Source: an uncultured Acetatifactor sp.
Lineage (GTDB): Bacteria > Bacillota > Clostridia > Lachnospirales > Lachnospiraceae
Assembly (NCBI GenBank): GCA_964604835.1
Contig: CAZSAJ010000001.1
Location: forward strand, 42,888 to 106,887
DNA: 64,000 nucleotides
Direction of reading: 5' to 3'
The translations under genes were made by a program, and so were the position numbers. The notes beneath the pieces were generated by a model that made no database searches, was not told the DNA's origin, and saw nothing but the letters and a program-made list of their open reading frames with translations. Positions 29,928 to 38,921 of this stretch are shown piece after piece; the stretch's first letter is position 1; every line of letters starts with the position of its first letter.

Positions 29928-30112
29928 GGCAGCAGCCGGATCGCAGAGGTTGAATTTGTGACTGAATTGGTAGCGGAGGAGATATTGTTTGACGAAAGCC
30001 GAGATATTGTTTATAATAAGACGTCGAAAATCACACTGGAGGTGAGAGCGAATGGGTGAAAGGCGGTTTCGGCAAAAGAAAATAGAACAATATGGGGATT
30101 GGAGGAAGGAAT

Positions 30113-30838
30113 ATGGTATACAAAATAGCGTTGTGCGATGATGAGCCGGTATGGATCGAAATTATGCGGGGCATTGTACAGGATTTCTTTGACGGCAGAT
30201 CAATGGAAGTTCAAATAGATACTTTTGACAATGCACAGATGCTTTTGGACACGATGATTGAAAAGAAGGAGGCTGTCGATATTCTGATTCTCGACATAGA
30301 CATGCCGAACATAAACGGTTTTGAGACTGCCGAGCAACTTAAAGAGCTGTATCCCGATATCATTCTTATGTTCTATACCATGCACGAGCAATATGTGTTT
30401 GATGCGTTTAAGTTTCAGCCCTTCAGATATATCCGCAAGGAATATGCGGCCCGGGAGTTGACTCCCGCGTTGAGTGCGGCATTAGAGGTCATGGAAAACC
30501 ATACGGAGAAATTCATTCTGTTAAAATCCTTGGATGGGATTCGGAACATCGCAATTTCTGAAATTATGTATTTTGAGACGAACAGGCGCAGATGCGACGT
30601 GTATTTAAAGGACGGAAGCATCATTAACGTGCGGAAAACGATTAAAGAGCTTTATGCGGAAACAGGCAGCGAAAATTTTGTTTTGCTCCACCGAGGAGCC
30701 GCTGTGAATGTCAGATACATAAAAATCTGTTCGGCTTGTGATGTGACGCTGGAAAATGACACCAAATTGATTGTCAGCCGCAGTCGTATCAAAGATGTGA
30801 AAGCTGCGTTTTCCAAGTATTGGGGGAACAGAGTATAA
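30113..30838 (+). CDS. LytTR family response regulator (AgrA-like), no adjacent kinase
   Basis: IALCDDE, LDIDMP.INGFE, FRYIRK, IMYFET, F..HR..VN..YI, IVSR. Confidence 0.92.
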   Translation: MVYKIALCDDEPVWIEIMRGIVQDFFDGRSMEVQIDTFDNAQMLLDTMIEKKEAVDILILDIDMPNINGFETAEQLKELYPDIILMFYTMHEQYVFDAFKFQPFRYIRKEYAARELTPALSAALEVMENHTEKFILLKSLDGIRNIAISEIMYFETNRRRCDVYLKDGSIINVRKTIKELYAETGSENFVLLHRGAAVNVRYIKICSACDVTLENDTKLIVSRSRIKDVKAAFSKYWGNRV

Positions 30839-30982
30839 CAATTTCTTTCGCGAAGTTTTAAAAATTTGGTATGAGCAAATATTTTCCATTCCTAACATAG
30901 CTATTTTTCTGATTGATGGCGTAATATACTTCTCAAATCGCGTCAGTCCAAAATTCTTGGGATTTTTTTCCACTTTTCAACA

Positions 30983-31047
30983 AATTACGCAAATTTTCAC
31001 ACCAATTACGCAAAATCGTCCCGCGCCCATTTTTTTTGTGCTATCAT
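30983..31047 (+). promoter_or_regulatory. LytTR-type direct-repeat box and extended -10
   Basis: AATTACGCAAA at 30983 and 31004 (21-bp period); TGcTATCAT at 31039-31047. Confidence 0.7.
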
Positions 31048-31134
31048 GATGTGCAGGGTTAAAATCGGAACGGAACTTCAAGCCAGAGGGCTTGTCAAAT
31101 CCGATAAACAAAACTTTATGAACAGGAGAAAAAG

Positions 31135-32208
31135 ATGAATAGGAAAAAGATGAATAGGGAAAAGAATAAATGTGTCCTTGCCGCGATTCTGGCTGCAAGC
31201 ATTGTTTTCACGGGATGCGGACTGCCCTTTGAGATTAGAATGAAAGACAGCGGCGAGTCGTCAGCGGCCGAATCCACGAACTCTATCGAGTTCAGGAACT
31301 CTGTCGAGCAGACAAATCCCTCCGAATCCTCGGGTGCGGCGTCCGCAGAGTCTGATGCTCCTTCTAAGGCAAGCACAGGTGAGGCAAGTTACGAGCCGGT
31401 CACGATTGATTGTTCCGAAATATATAGCAGCGGTGATACACGCTATTTTGACCTTACTTATCAGTATGGCGATGCTTGCACCATAATGCAGAGATACATT
31501 TACAAGAACGAGAGCTACGACAGCGGGTCACTCAAGATTCTGCCCGGCACCGAGACCGATTTGGCGACGATCATCAATAACGTGAGTGTGCTTGAGGGCG
31601 GCAGTCCTTCTGATTTTGCCGAGGTGATTGACGGTTGGACAATGACCCATGAGGCGACGGAAGAAGAAAAAGCGGTTATGAATATGGACAGTATCGAGAA
31701 TATGCGCACATTCATCTGGGCTATGACGCTGATGTCTCAGGGATATTCGCAGGAAGAAGCGGAGGCGATTGCCGGTGCGTCGAGCGGTCCCACGATGCCG
31801 TATGTTGTAGATGATCCTTCAAGTTCGACGCAGAGCGGGATTACCCTTGACGATGTGTCATATACGCTTTTCGGTGCGGATGGCACGACGATTTTGTTCC
31901 AAGCAAGCTATGCCGGTGAATTCATTATAGAGGAGAAGCTTGTGTTCGATTCGAACGGCAGCTTCAAAAGTCTCGAAACCACACTTACCACCGGCAGCGT
32001 TTCGGACACGGATGAGATCTTCGCAACGCTGGAATCGCTGTACGATGATTTTGATCCCGATAATTATACGCTGTCCAAGCAGTCGGCGACAAAGTACACG
32101 ATGTGTGACAGTGTCTCCACGCGCTCTTTCTTCCTCGGAAGCGACCTTGCAAGCATGAGCGGAGCCACATACAGCGTGGTCTACTCGGTTCTGAGCGACG
32201 CACTTTGA
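31135..32208 (+). CDS. Hypothetical acidic lipoprotein
   Basis: Lipobox-like VFTGC after a hydrophobic signal, S/E/A-rich linker; start may be 31150. Confidence 0.75.
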   Translation: MNRKKMNREKNKCVLAAILAASIVFTGCGLPFEIRMKDSGESSAAESTNSIEFRNSVEQTNPSESSGAASAESDAPSKASTGEASYEPVTIDCSEIYSSGDTRYFDLTYQYGDACTIMQRYIYKNESYDSGSLKILPGTETDLATIINNVSVLEGGSPSDFAEVIDGWTMTHEATEEEKAVMNMDSIENMRTFIWAMTLMSQGYSQEEAEAIAGASSGPTMPYVVDDPSSSTQSGITLDDVSYTLFGADGTTILFQASYAGEFIIEEKLVFDSNGSFKSLETTLTTGSVSDTDEIFATLESLYDDFDPDNYTLSKQSATKYTMCDSVSTRSFFLGSDLASMSGATYSVVYSVLSDAL

Positions 32209-32471
32209 TCAGAAATTTTTGTTGGAATTTTGATAGTATGTAATATTGTAGAGAAAGGTCATGATACAGGTGTTGTATTGTGGCCTTTTTTGGATATTCC
32301 AGAATCAGAAATTTGCAAGTTGGATTTAAGGTGATAGAAAGTTATCTAATTTGTTACAAGAGAATCTGGACAAGTGATAATATATCTATTATAATGGGGA
32401 TAGAATTACAAATCAAAACCATACTTTGTTATGATATAAATGGAGTTGACGAGAGCGGCAAAAGGAGTTGA

Positions 32472-33104
32472 GTTATCATTGAGTCCTCGCAGAAAGCCGC
32501 TTATCAGGCAGTTAATACTACTCTTGTCCGAAGGAACTGGCTTCTTGGATATCGAATTGCCAGCGAAGAAATGCAAGGTGAAGAACGGGCTAAGTATGGA
32601 GCAGAAATCATTAAAAAGCTCTCTAAAGAACTGTCAGCAGAATATGGAAAAGGATTTACAAAATCTAATCTATATAGTTTTTATTCATTCTACAAGACTT
32701 ATCCTGAAATTTTCCAGACGTTGTCTGGAAAATCTCAAAGATTGTTATCGTGGTCGCATTATGTAGTGCTATTACAGGTAAATGATGAAAAAGCTCGTGG
32801 ATGGTATGAATGGAACTCGGTAAAGTCTATGCTTTTGTGGCAAGACAACAACATATTCATACGGAAAAGCAGGATTATTTTATTGACCTTGGGTATTGTG
32901 CTTTGTGCTGACACAGATGAAGATATTGCAAAGTATTCTGTTCTTCACGGTAATGAGCAGTTATTTGCTTCCAAGTATAAACTTTATCTGCCGACAGAAG
33001 AACTGAGAGCGGAAATTGAAACACAGAAGGCAATGTTTTATTTGCAGCAAAATGAGAAAAAGGATAGACATATTTGTAGCAATCAGTTGTTCATTTATGA
33101 GTAA
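32472..33104 (+). pseudogene. DUF1016/YhcG PDDEXK nuclease pseudogene with internal deletions
   Basis: AYQAVNTTLVRRNWLLGYRI..RAKYG..LSWSHY, then out-of-frame MELGKVYAFVARQQHIHTEKQDYFIDL, then TLGIVLC..LFASKYKLYLPTEEL; no start and middle segments missing. Confidence 0.85.
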
Positions 33105-33167
33105 AACGGAAAAATAAATTCAAGCTTGTAAATAATTCGATAGCTCGGTGTTTGGAGGTGACGCTTT

Positions 33168-33560
33168 GTGTTTCGCACTTTTTCTTCCCAAGAGGAACGT
33201 TGTAAATTTGGCGGCTCTTATTTTATAGAGTTGCAGTATTGCAAATTAAAACAGGGTACTGAAATAAAAAAAATAATTTCCGTTGATGCAATTGAACATT
33301 GGAAAAATGATTCACTATATATCCATGGCGATGATGATAATAAATTCTTATCTCATTATGGGAAAATCTTTACGGGTGGAATTTATAACAACGGAAAGAG
33401 TGGTATGGTAGATATGTATGGAATCAATTATTATTCTGATGAACAAACAAAATTGATTTTGGAGCGGGTGAAGGAAATGAAACCGTTAAATTACCAGATG
33501 TTGTTGAGCTGGTTAGAAAAGGCAAAAGAGAATAATGGTTTTTATATTTTAGGACTATGA
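33168..33560 (+). CDS. Hypothetical protein
   Basis: AT-rich 130-aa ORF with strong SD GGAGGTG before GTG. Confidence 0.7.
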   Translation: MFRTFSSQEERCKFGGSYFIELQYCKLKQGTEIKKIISVDAIEHWKNDSLYIHGDDDNKFLSHYGKIFTGGIYNNGKSGMVDMYGINYYSDEQTKLILERVKEMKPLNYQMLLSWLEKAKENNGFYILGL

Positions 33561-33787
33561 CAGCTTCAAGTTTGTGAAGTAGCTAATTAGGAACATTTTT
33601 CTGAAAAGGGAGAAATAGATTACTGGATAGAAGAAGCGTTTGCTATTCTTATATCCAGTAGTGTATGGATTGAGATTCTAAAATCTTTCTCTGAAACTAA
33701 CAATGTAGAGATCTAAAAATATAATAGATATGATAAATAAAACTGATTTGATTTATTAGGATAAGATTTAATATATAGAGAGTATGT

Positions 33788-33834
33788 GGGGCTATCGCTT
33801 TAACGATTGAAAAATCGCATAATGCGACAGCCCC
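33788..33834. repeat. Palindromic element
   Basis: GGGGCTATCGC...CGATT-gaaa-AATCG...GCGACAGCCCC. Confidence 0.6.
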
Positions 33835-33987
33835 TTTCTTTATCGAACCCCAAAATCCTAATAGTAAGACAGAATAACACATTTATCCATAACTCCAAAG
33901 CATGTTGTAGCATTTGATATAGGTATTTGTTATTTTATGAGAAATACAATATACTGAAGTCAAGAGATTAATAGGAGGAGACTTCAA

Positions 33988-34581
33988 ATGAAATCTGGAA
34001 AAAAGTTAAGGAAGAGATTAGCTAATTTGGTAATCATAGTACTGTTAGCGGTAGTATGGCTCAAAACCAATGTCTATGCGGCGGATCCGGATGATAATGT
34101 TTTCTATATCAGTGCCGACGGAAAACAAATAAAAGTAAAAATGGTTGATAACGCGGCAACACAAAAGCTGAACGAAATGCTTGCCGAAGGTGATTTAACA
34201 ATCAATATGACCAGAAACGGGTTTGAACAATATGGAGACCTAGGAACATCACTTCCATCAGATGATACGACCATAACGGCTCAGGCAGGGGATGTTCTGT
34301 TATATAATTCCGACACGCTTTGCGTGTTTTATGGCTCCAATCGTTATAGCTATACAAGAATCGGTAAGGTACAAAATATGAATAATGATGAGCTTAAAAC
34401 GTTATTATCCGGTAAAAGCTTGACATTCACTTTATCAAAGAATTCATTTGGAACAGTTCCTAATACCGGCGTAGAGAGCAGGGTATTTCGATTCAGAATG
34501 ATGATTTTTTCCGGATGTATAGCAGTCATGATGGGGATCATTGCAAAATATTTGAGGGGCGAGACATTTGCGAAAAATTAG
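33988..34581 (+). CDS. Secreted cyclophilin-like fold protein with VPNTG cell-wall sorting signal
   Basis: Signal peptide ending VYA; FEQYGDLG.SLP, AGDVLLY...LCVFYG...YSYTRIGK (cyclophilin-like family); VPNTG plus hydrophobic tail. Confidence 0.75.
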   Translation: MKSGKKLRKRLANLVIIVLLAVVWLKTNVYAADPDDNVFYISADGKQIKVKMVDNAATQKLNEMLAEGDLTINMTRNGFEQYGDLGTSLPSDDTTITAQAGDVLLYNSDTLCVFYGSNRYSYTRIGKVQNMNNDELKTLLSGKSLTFTLSKNSFGTVPNTGVESRVFRFRMMIFSGCIAVMMGIIAKYLRGETFAKN

Positions 34582-35239
34582 AAAATATAGAAAAAACAAC
34601 AGTACATATATTTTCGAAGCCATAGCAATACTTGCTTCTATGGTGACAATTCTGTTCATTCCGGATACGATTCACTATTTTATGGACGAAAAGAAATCCA
34701 CGGAAATATCGGATTCAAGTGATCTATCAAGGATCAATGAAGATTATTATTGCGATTTATTTATTCCGAATTCTGATATCGCATTTCCGGTTGTACGTGG
34801 AACCGATAATTTGAAATATTTACATACGGCAGTTACAGGGGAAGAAAGTCAACTGGGTGCAATATTTATGGATTATAGATGCGATGCTTCGACATTACCG
34901 CATACCATCATCTACGGACATGATGCACAGAATTTAAACGGTAATCCTTTGCTGTTTGGTCAGTTACGATATTTTTTAGAAGAGGATTTTATACAGGATC
35001 ATACGGAAATCTGCCTTTATAAAGATGATAAAGTAAAACATTATAATATTTTTGCAATTAAGGTAACCGATATAAATGATGAGGCATATAATTTGGATTT
35101 TACAGACGAATCAGAGTTCAAAGAATTTGCAAACCGGATGGGAGCGCCCGAAAACACGGAGGAAATACTGACGCTTTCAACCTGCTTGGGCGAAGAAAAT
35201 AATAGGAGGCTTCTCGTACAGGGGGCACTCTCAAACTGA
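34568..35239 (+). CDS. srtB: Class B sortase
   Basis: N-terminal TM, PVVRGTDN..YL, GAIFMDYR, TIIYGH, ILTLSTC, RLLVQG. Confidence 0.9.
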   Translation: MRKIRKYRKNNSTYIFEAIAILASMVTILFIPDTIHYFMDEKKSTEISDSSDLSRINEDYYCDLFIPNSDIAFPVVRGTDNLKYLHTAVTGEESQLGAIFMDYRCDASTLPHTIIYGHDAQNLNGNPLLFGQLRYFLEEDFIQDHTEICLYKDDKVKHYNIFAIKVTDINDEAYNLDFTDESEFKEFANRMGAPENTEEILTLSTCLGEENNRRLLVQGALSN

Positions 35240-35333
35240 TGGAAAAAGGGCAATGTTAATTTGCGTTGCTTGTGGCAACGGGTAGTTCTGCCTATAATAG
35301 TGCTAACAACAGAAAGAAAGGAGACTATCCCTA

Positions 35334-35843
35334 ATGCTCAGCGAAAATATCAAAGCAATTCGAAAATCAAAAGGACTTTCACAACAAGAGCTTGCTGTCA
35401 AGCTGAATGTGGTGCGACAAACCGTTTCTAAGTGGGAGCAAGGATTGTCAGTTCCCGATTCCGATATGTTGATCGTCATATCGGAAGTGCTTGAAACACC
35501 CGTGAGTACGTTGCTTGGAGAAACCGTCATTGAGTCAGAAGCCTCTGACTTAAAGGCGATTTCCGCAAAACTGGAGGTGATAAACTTGCAGCTTGCACAG
35601 AGAAAAACCACAAGAAAAAGAATTCTATACTGGTTTCTTATCTTATTGTGCGCAGCCATTGTAGCAATTTTTGCTATCTTATTGGCATCAGAAAGTCCTT
35701 ACTTGGGGTGGGATTATAGTGATCCTGAAACCGCTGTTCTCGGAGTAGCAGTACATTCATTTGAATGGCTGTTTGTCAGAGTAGCGCCGATTATCCTAAT
35801 TGGTGCAATCATTGGAATTTTCTTGACATGGAAGAAAGAATAA
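35334..35843 (+). CDS. XRE family HTH regulator with C-terminal transmembrane segments
   Basis: RKSKGLSQQELA.KLNVVRQTVSKWEQGLSVPD; two hydrophobic helices. Confidence 0.9.
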   Translation: MLSENIKAIRKSKGLSQQELAVKLNVVRQTVSKWEQGLSVPDSDMLIVISEVLETPVSTLLGETVIESEASDLKAISAKLEVINLQLAQRKTTRKRILYWFLILLCAAIVAIFAILLASESPYLGWDYSDPETAVLGVAVHSFEWLFVRVAPIILIGAIIGIFLTWKKE

Positions 35844-36290
35844 AATCACTCTGCTTTAGTGCTCCATTCAAAAAACATAATAAAGTGAAATTTGGCTTAT
35901 TTTGTGATAACAAGTTCTATATACGATCTTGGGGATGGTATTGTAACAAGCATAAGCAAATGATAAGCTTCAAATCGGAAGGTGGTCTATAGACATGAGC
36001 AAAATAAGACGGATGCAGGAGACTTCTGCGGAGGAGTGATATGAACCCGCGGAAGTCTCCCTGCTGGACTATGACTCCTTTCAGCGTAGAATGACCGAGG
36101 AAGAGTGGGAGGGATTTGCACTCTATTTATGCATAAGTTTTATGGAATTATAGAAAAGATATTGCGTGACAATATATAGTTGCAAAATCCGCAGATTGAC
36201 TCTATAATGGAACATAAGTGCAGTTTAAAGAACCGTTGTTTGACAGAAACGATTTCGGTCAAAACAGCAGATCGGAGAAATGAGGAAAAT

Positions 36291-37676
36291 ATGAGCAAAG
36301 AAAAGACAATCCCTTACAAAATCTATCTGGAAGAGCACGAGATGCCGGATAGCTGGTATAATGTGCGTGCGGATATGAAAAACAAACCGGCGCCCCTGTT
36401 AAATCCCGGCACTCTTCAGCCTTTGACGTTCGAGGAGATGAGCGGCATCTTCTGCGAGGAGCTGTGCAGGCAGGAGCTTGATGACACGACAGCGTATTTC
36501 AAGATTCCGGAGGAGATCAGGAAGTTTTATAAGATGTACCGTCCCTCTCCCTTGGTTCGGGCCTATTGTCTGGAGGAGAAACTGCAGACGTCCGCCAAAA
36601 TATATTATAAGTTTGAGGGAAACAACACAAGCGGCAGCCATAAACTCAATTCGGCCATCGCACAGGCATATTATGCCAAGAATCAGGGGCTGAAAGGGGT
36701 GACCACGGAGACCGGAGCAGGTCAGTGGGGAACGGCGCTTTCCATGGCCTGCGCTTATCTGGGACTGGACTGTCAGGTATATATGGTAAAATGCTCCTAC
36801 GAGCAGAAACCTTTCCGCAGAGAGGTAATGCGGACTTATGGGGCGAATGTGACGCCCTCTCCTTCCGACACCACCAAGGTGGGACGGAAGATTCTGGAGG
36901 AGTTCCCGGGAACCACCGGAAGTCTGGGATGCGCTATTTCGGAGGCGGTGGAGGCGGCCACCTCACAGGAGGGATACCGCTATGTGCTGGGGTCCGTGCT
37001 GACTCAGGTGCTTCTCCATCAATCCGTGATTGGTCTGGAGACCAAGACCGCCATGGATAAGTACGGCATTAAGCCCGATGTGATCATCGGATGTGCCGGC
37101 GGCGGTTCCAATCTGGGCGGTCTGATTTCCCCGTTTATGGGCGAAAAATTGAGAGGCGAGGCGGACTATCGCTTCATTGCGGTGGAGCCGGCTTCCTGTC
37201 CCAGTTTGACCAGAGGAAAATATGTCTATGATTTCTGTGACACGGGTAAAGTGTGTCCTCTTGCGAAAATGTATACTCTGGGCAGCGGATTTATTCCCGC
37301 GGCAAATCATGCGGGCGGACTGCGCTATCACGGCATGAGTTCGGTGCTGTCTCAGTTGTACGCGGACGGCTATATGGAAGCGGTCAGCGTGGAGCAGACT
37401 TCCGTGTTCAAGGCGGCGGAGGAATTTGCCAGAGTGGAGGGAATCCTGCCTGCACCGGAGAGTTCCCATGCCATCAAAGTGGCCATCGACGAGGCGTTGA
37501 AATGCAAGGAGACGGGAGAGGAGAAGACCATTCTCTTCGGACTCACCGGAACCGGCTATTTTGACATGGTGGCTTATGAGCGCTATAACAATGGGGAAAT
37601 GAGCGATTATATTCCCACCGATGAAGATCTGGCCAAAGGATTGGCCGGAGTTCCTAAGTTCCCCGGCAATGAGTGA
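36291..37676 (+). CDS. trpB2: TrpB-like PLP-dependent enzyme (TrpB2)
   Basis: GSHKLNSA, TETGAGQWG, GGGSN, HAGGLRYHG, PAPESSHA. Confidence 0.93.
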   Translation: MSKEKTIPYKIYLEEHEMPDSWYNVRADMKNKPAPLLNPGTLQPLTFEEMSGIFCEELCRQELDDTTAYFKIPEEIRKFYKMYRPSPLVRAYCLEEKLQTSAKIYYKFEGNNTSGSHKLNSAIAQAYYAKNQGLKGVTTETGAGQWGTALSMACAYLGLDCQVYMVKCSYEQKPFRREVMRTYGANVTPSPSDTTKVGRKILEEFPGTTGSLGCAISEAVEAATSQEGYRYVLGSVLTQVLLHQSVIGLETKTAMDKYGIKPDVIIGCAGGGSNLGGLISPFMGEKLRGEADYRFIAVEPASCPSLTRGKYVYDFCDTGKVCPLAKMYTLGSGFIPAANHAGGLRYHGMSSVLSQLYADGYMEAVSVEQTSVFKAAEEFARVEGILPAPESSHAIKVAIDEALKCKETGEEKTILFGLTGTGYFDMVAYERYNNGEMSDYIPTDEDLAKGLAGVPKFPGNE

Positions 37677-37724
37677 TGATTTTGTTGCGGGAAAAATGGG
37701 AACGCTTTTTCAAACAGACACAGT

Positions 37725-37750
37725 GGCGCCGATGGAAACATCGGCGCTTT
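37725..37750 (+). terminator. Intrinsic terminator
   Basis: GCGCCGATG-gaaa-CATCGGCGC-TTT. Confidence 0.7.
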
Positions 37751-37905
37751 GTCATATGGCTATAACATAGAAATTTGTAATTTTATTTCGAAATATATTC
37801 ATTTTATTTACATTTAATTTCAATAAATGATTGATTTTGACTGCCGGAAGGAGTATATTAACAATAGGGAGATTTTTGTTTAGGATTCTCATGTGAGGTA
37901 GCAGT

Positions 37906-38208
37906 ATGACGGGGCTGATAAATTTAATGGAAGAAACGGTATTGGAGAAGATCGATCAGTTATGGCCGAGCACGAACTATTGTAAATGTGACAAATGCCG
38001 AATGGATATCGCAACATATGCTTTGAACCGTCTTCCGGCACAATATGTGCAGTCGATGAAGGGAAAAGTGTTGTATCGGTTTGAAGCGAATCAGGTTCAG
38101 CGGGATATTGAGGTTACGGTGGCGGTGAGCAAAGGGATCGAGATTGTGGGGAATTCGCCGCACAAAAATGCCAATCCCAATGCGAACACAAACATGAATG
38201 CGATGTAA
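37906..38208 (+). CDS. ComFB family protein
   Basis: NLMEE.V, CKCDKCRMDI..ALNRLPAQYV, terminal PH. Confidence 0.88.
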   Translation: MTGLINLMEETVLEKIDQLWPSTNYCKCDKCRMDIATYALNRLPAQYVQSMKGKVLYRFEANQVQRDIEVTVAVSKGIEIVGNSPHKNANPNANTNMNAM

Positions 38209-38229
38209 AACAAGAGAAGACGAACCCTG

Positions 38230-38266
38230 ACAGAGCATATAGAAATCGTTCTATATGCTCTGTTTT
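38230..38266 (+). terminator. Intrinsic terminator
   Basis: ACAGAGCATATAGAA-atcg-TTCTATATGCTCTGT-TTT. Confidence 0.8.
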
Positions 38267-38315
38267 AGCGGGAGGAAAAAGAGCAGGCCGCTTGGAGAGA
38301 AGGAGAGAACATATT

Positions 38316-38921
38316 ATGACAAAAGTATATTTTGTGCGTCATGCCCAGCCCGAGCATAATTGGGAGGATGACAGAACCAGACCCTTGACTGTAGAGGGAA
38401 AGGTCGATGCCAAGATTGTGCTGGATTTTTTGAAGGACAAGAAAGTGGATGCTTTTTACAGCAGCCCCTATCAGAGAAGTCTCGACACCATTTCGGATGC
38501 GGCTGCTTTCTTCGGATTGGAGATTGCGACGGACGAGAGACTCCGGGAGCGGGTGAAGGGGATCGGCGGCAATCGGCATGGGATGTTCGAGAAGCGCTGG
38601 AACGATCATGACTATCACGAGGAAAACGGTGAGTCCATCAATCAGGTGCAGAGAAGAAACATAGACGCGCTTTCGGAGATTCTGGCGGATCACAGGGATG
38701 AGACGATAGTGATCGGAACCCACGGGACTGCGCTTAGCGCAATCTTAAATTATTATGATCCCGAGTTTGGATGTGAGGATTTTCTGCGGATTATAGATTG
38801 GATGCCTTATATCCTCGAGCTGGATTTTGAGGGAGACAGGCTGTTGGCCAAACATGAACATTGCCATATAGAAAAAGAATTTAAGGGAAAAGAGAGAGCG
38901 GATAAAAATGGATCTGTTTGA
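38316..38921 (+). CDS. Histidine phosphatase family protein
   Basis: YFVRHA, SSPYQRS, LRER, GES, GTHG. Confidence 0.9.
   Translation: MTKVYFVRHAQPEHNWEDDRTRPLTVEGKVDAKIVLDFLKDKKVDAFYSSPYQRSLDTISDAAAFFGLEIATDERLRERVKGIGGNRHGMFEKRWNDHDYHEENGESINQVQRRNIDALSEILADHRDETIVIGTHGTALSAILNYYDPEFGCEDFLRIIDWMPYILELDFEGDRLLAKHEHCHIEKEFKGKERADKNGSV

Noticed and set aside
32440-32530. Possible c-di-GMP riboswitch (GGCAAA...GCAGAAAGCC)
   Set aside because: Most of the stretch is explained as DUF1016 coding remnant, and the conserved stems are not found.
35995-36140. Hairpin GGAGACTTCTGCGG/CCGCGGAAGTCTCC and a short broken frame upstream of trpB2
   Set aside because: No T-box consensus or Trp-codon leader peptide; cannot be assigned.
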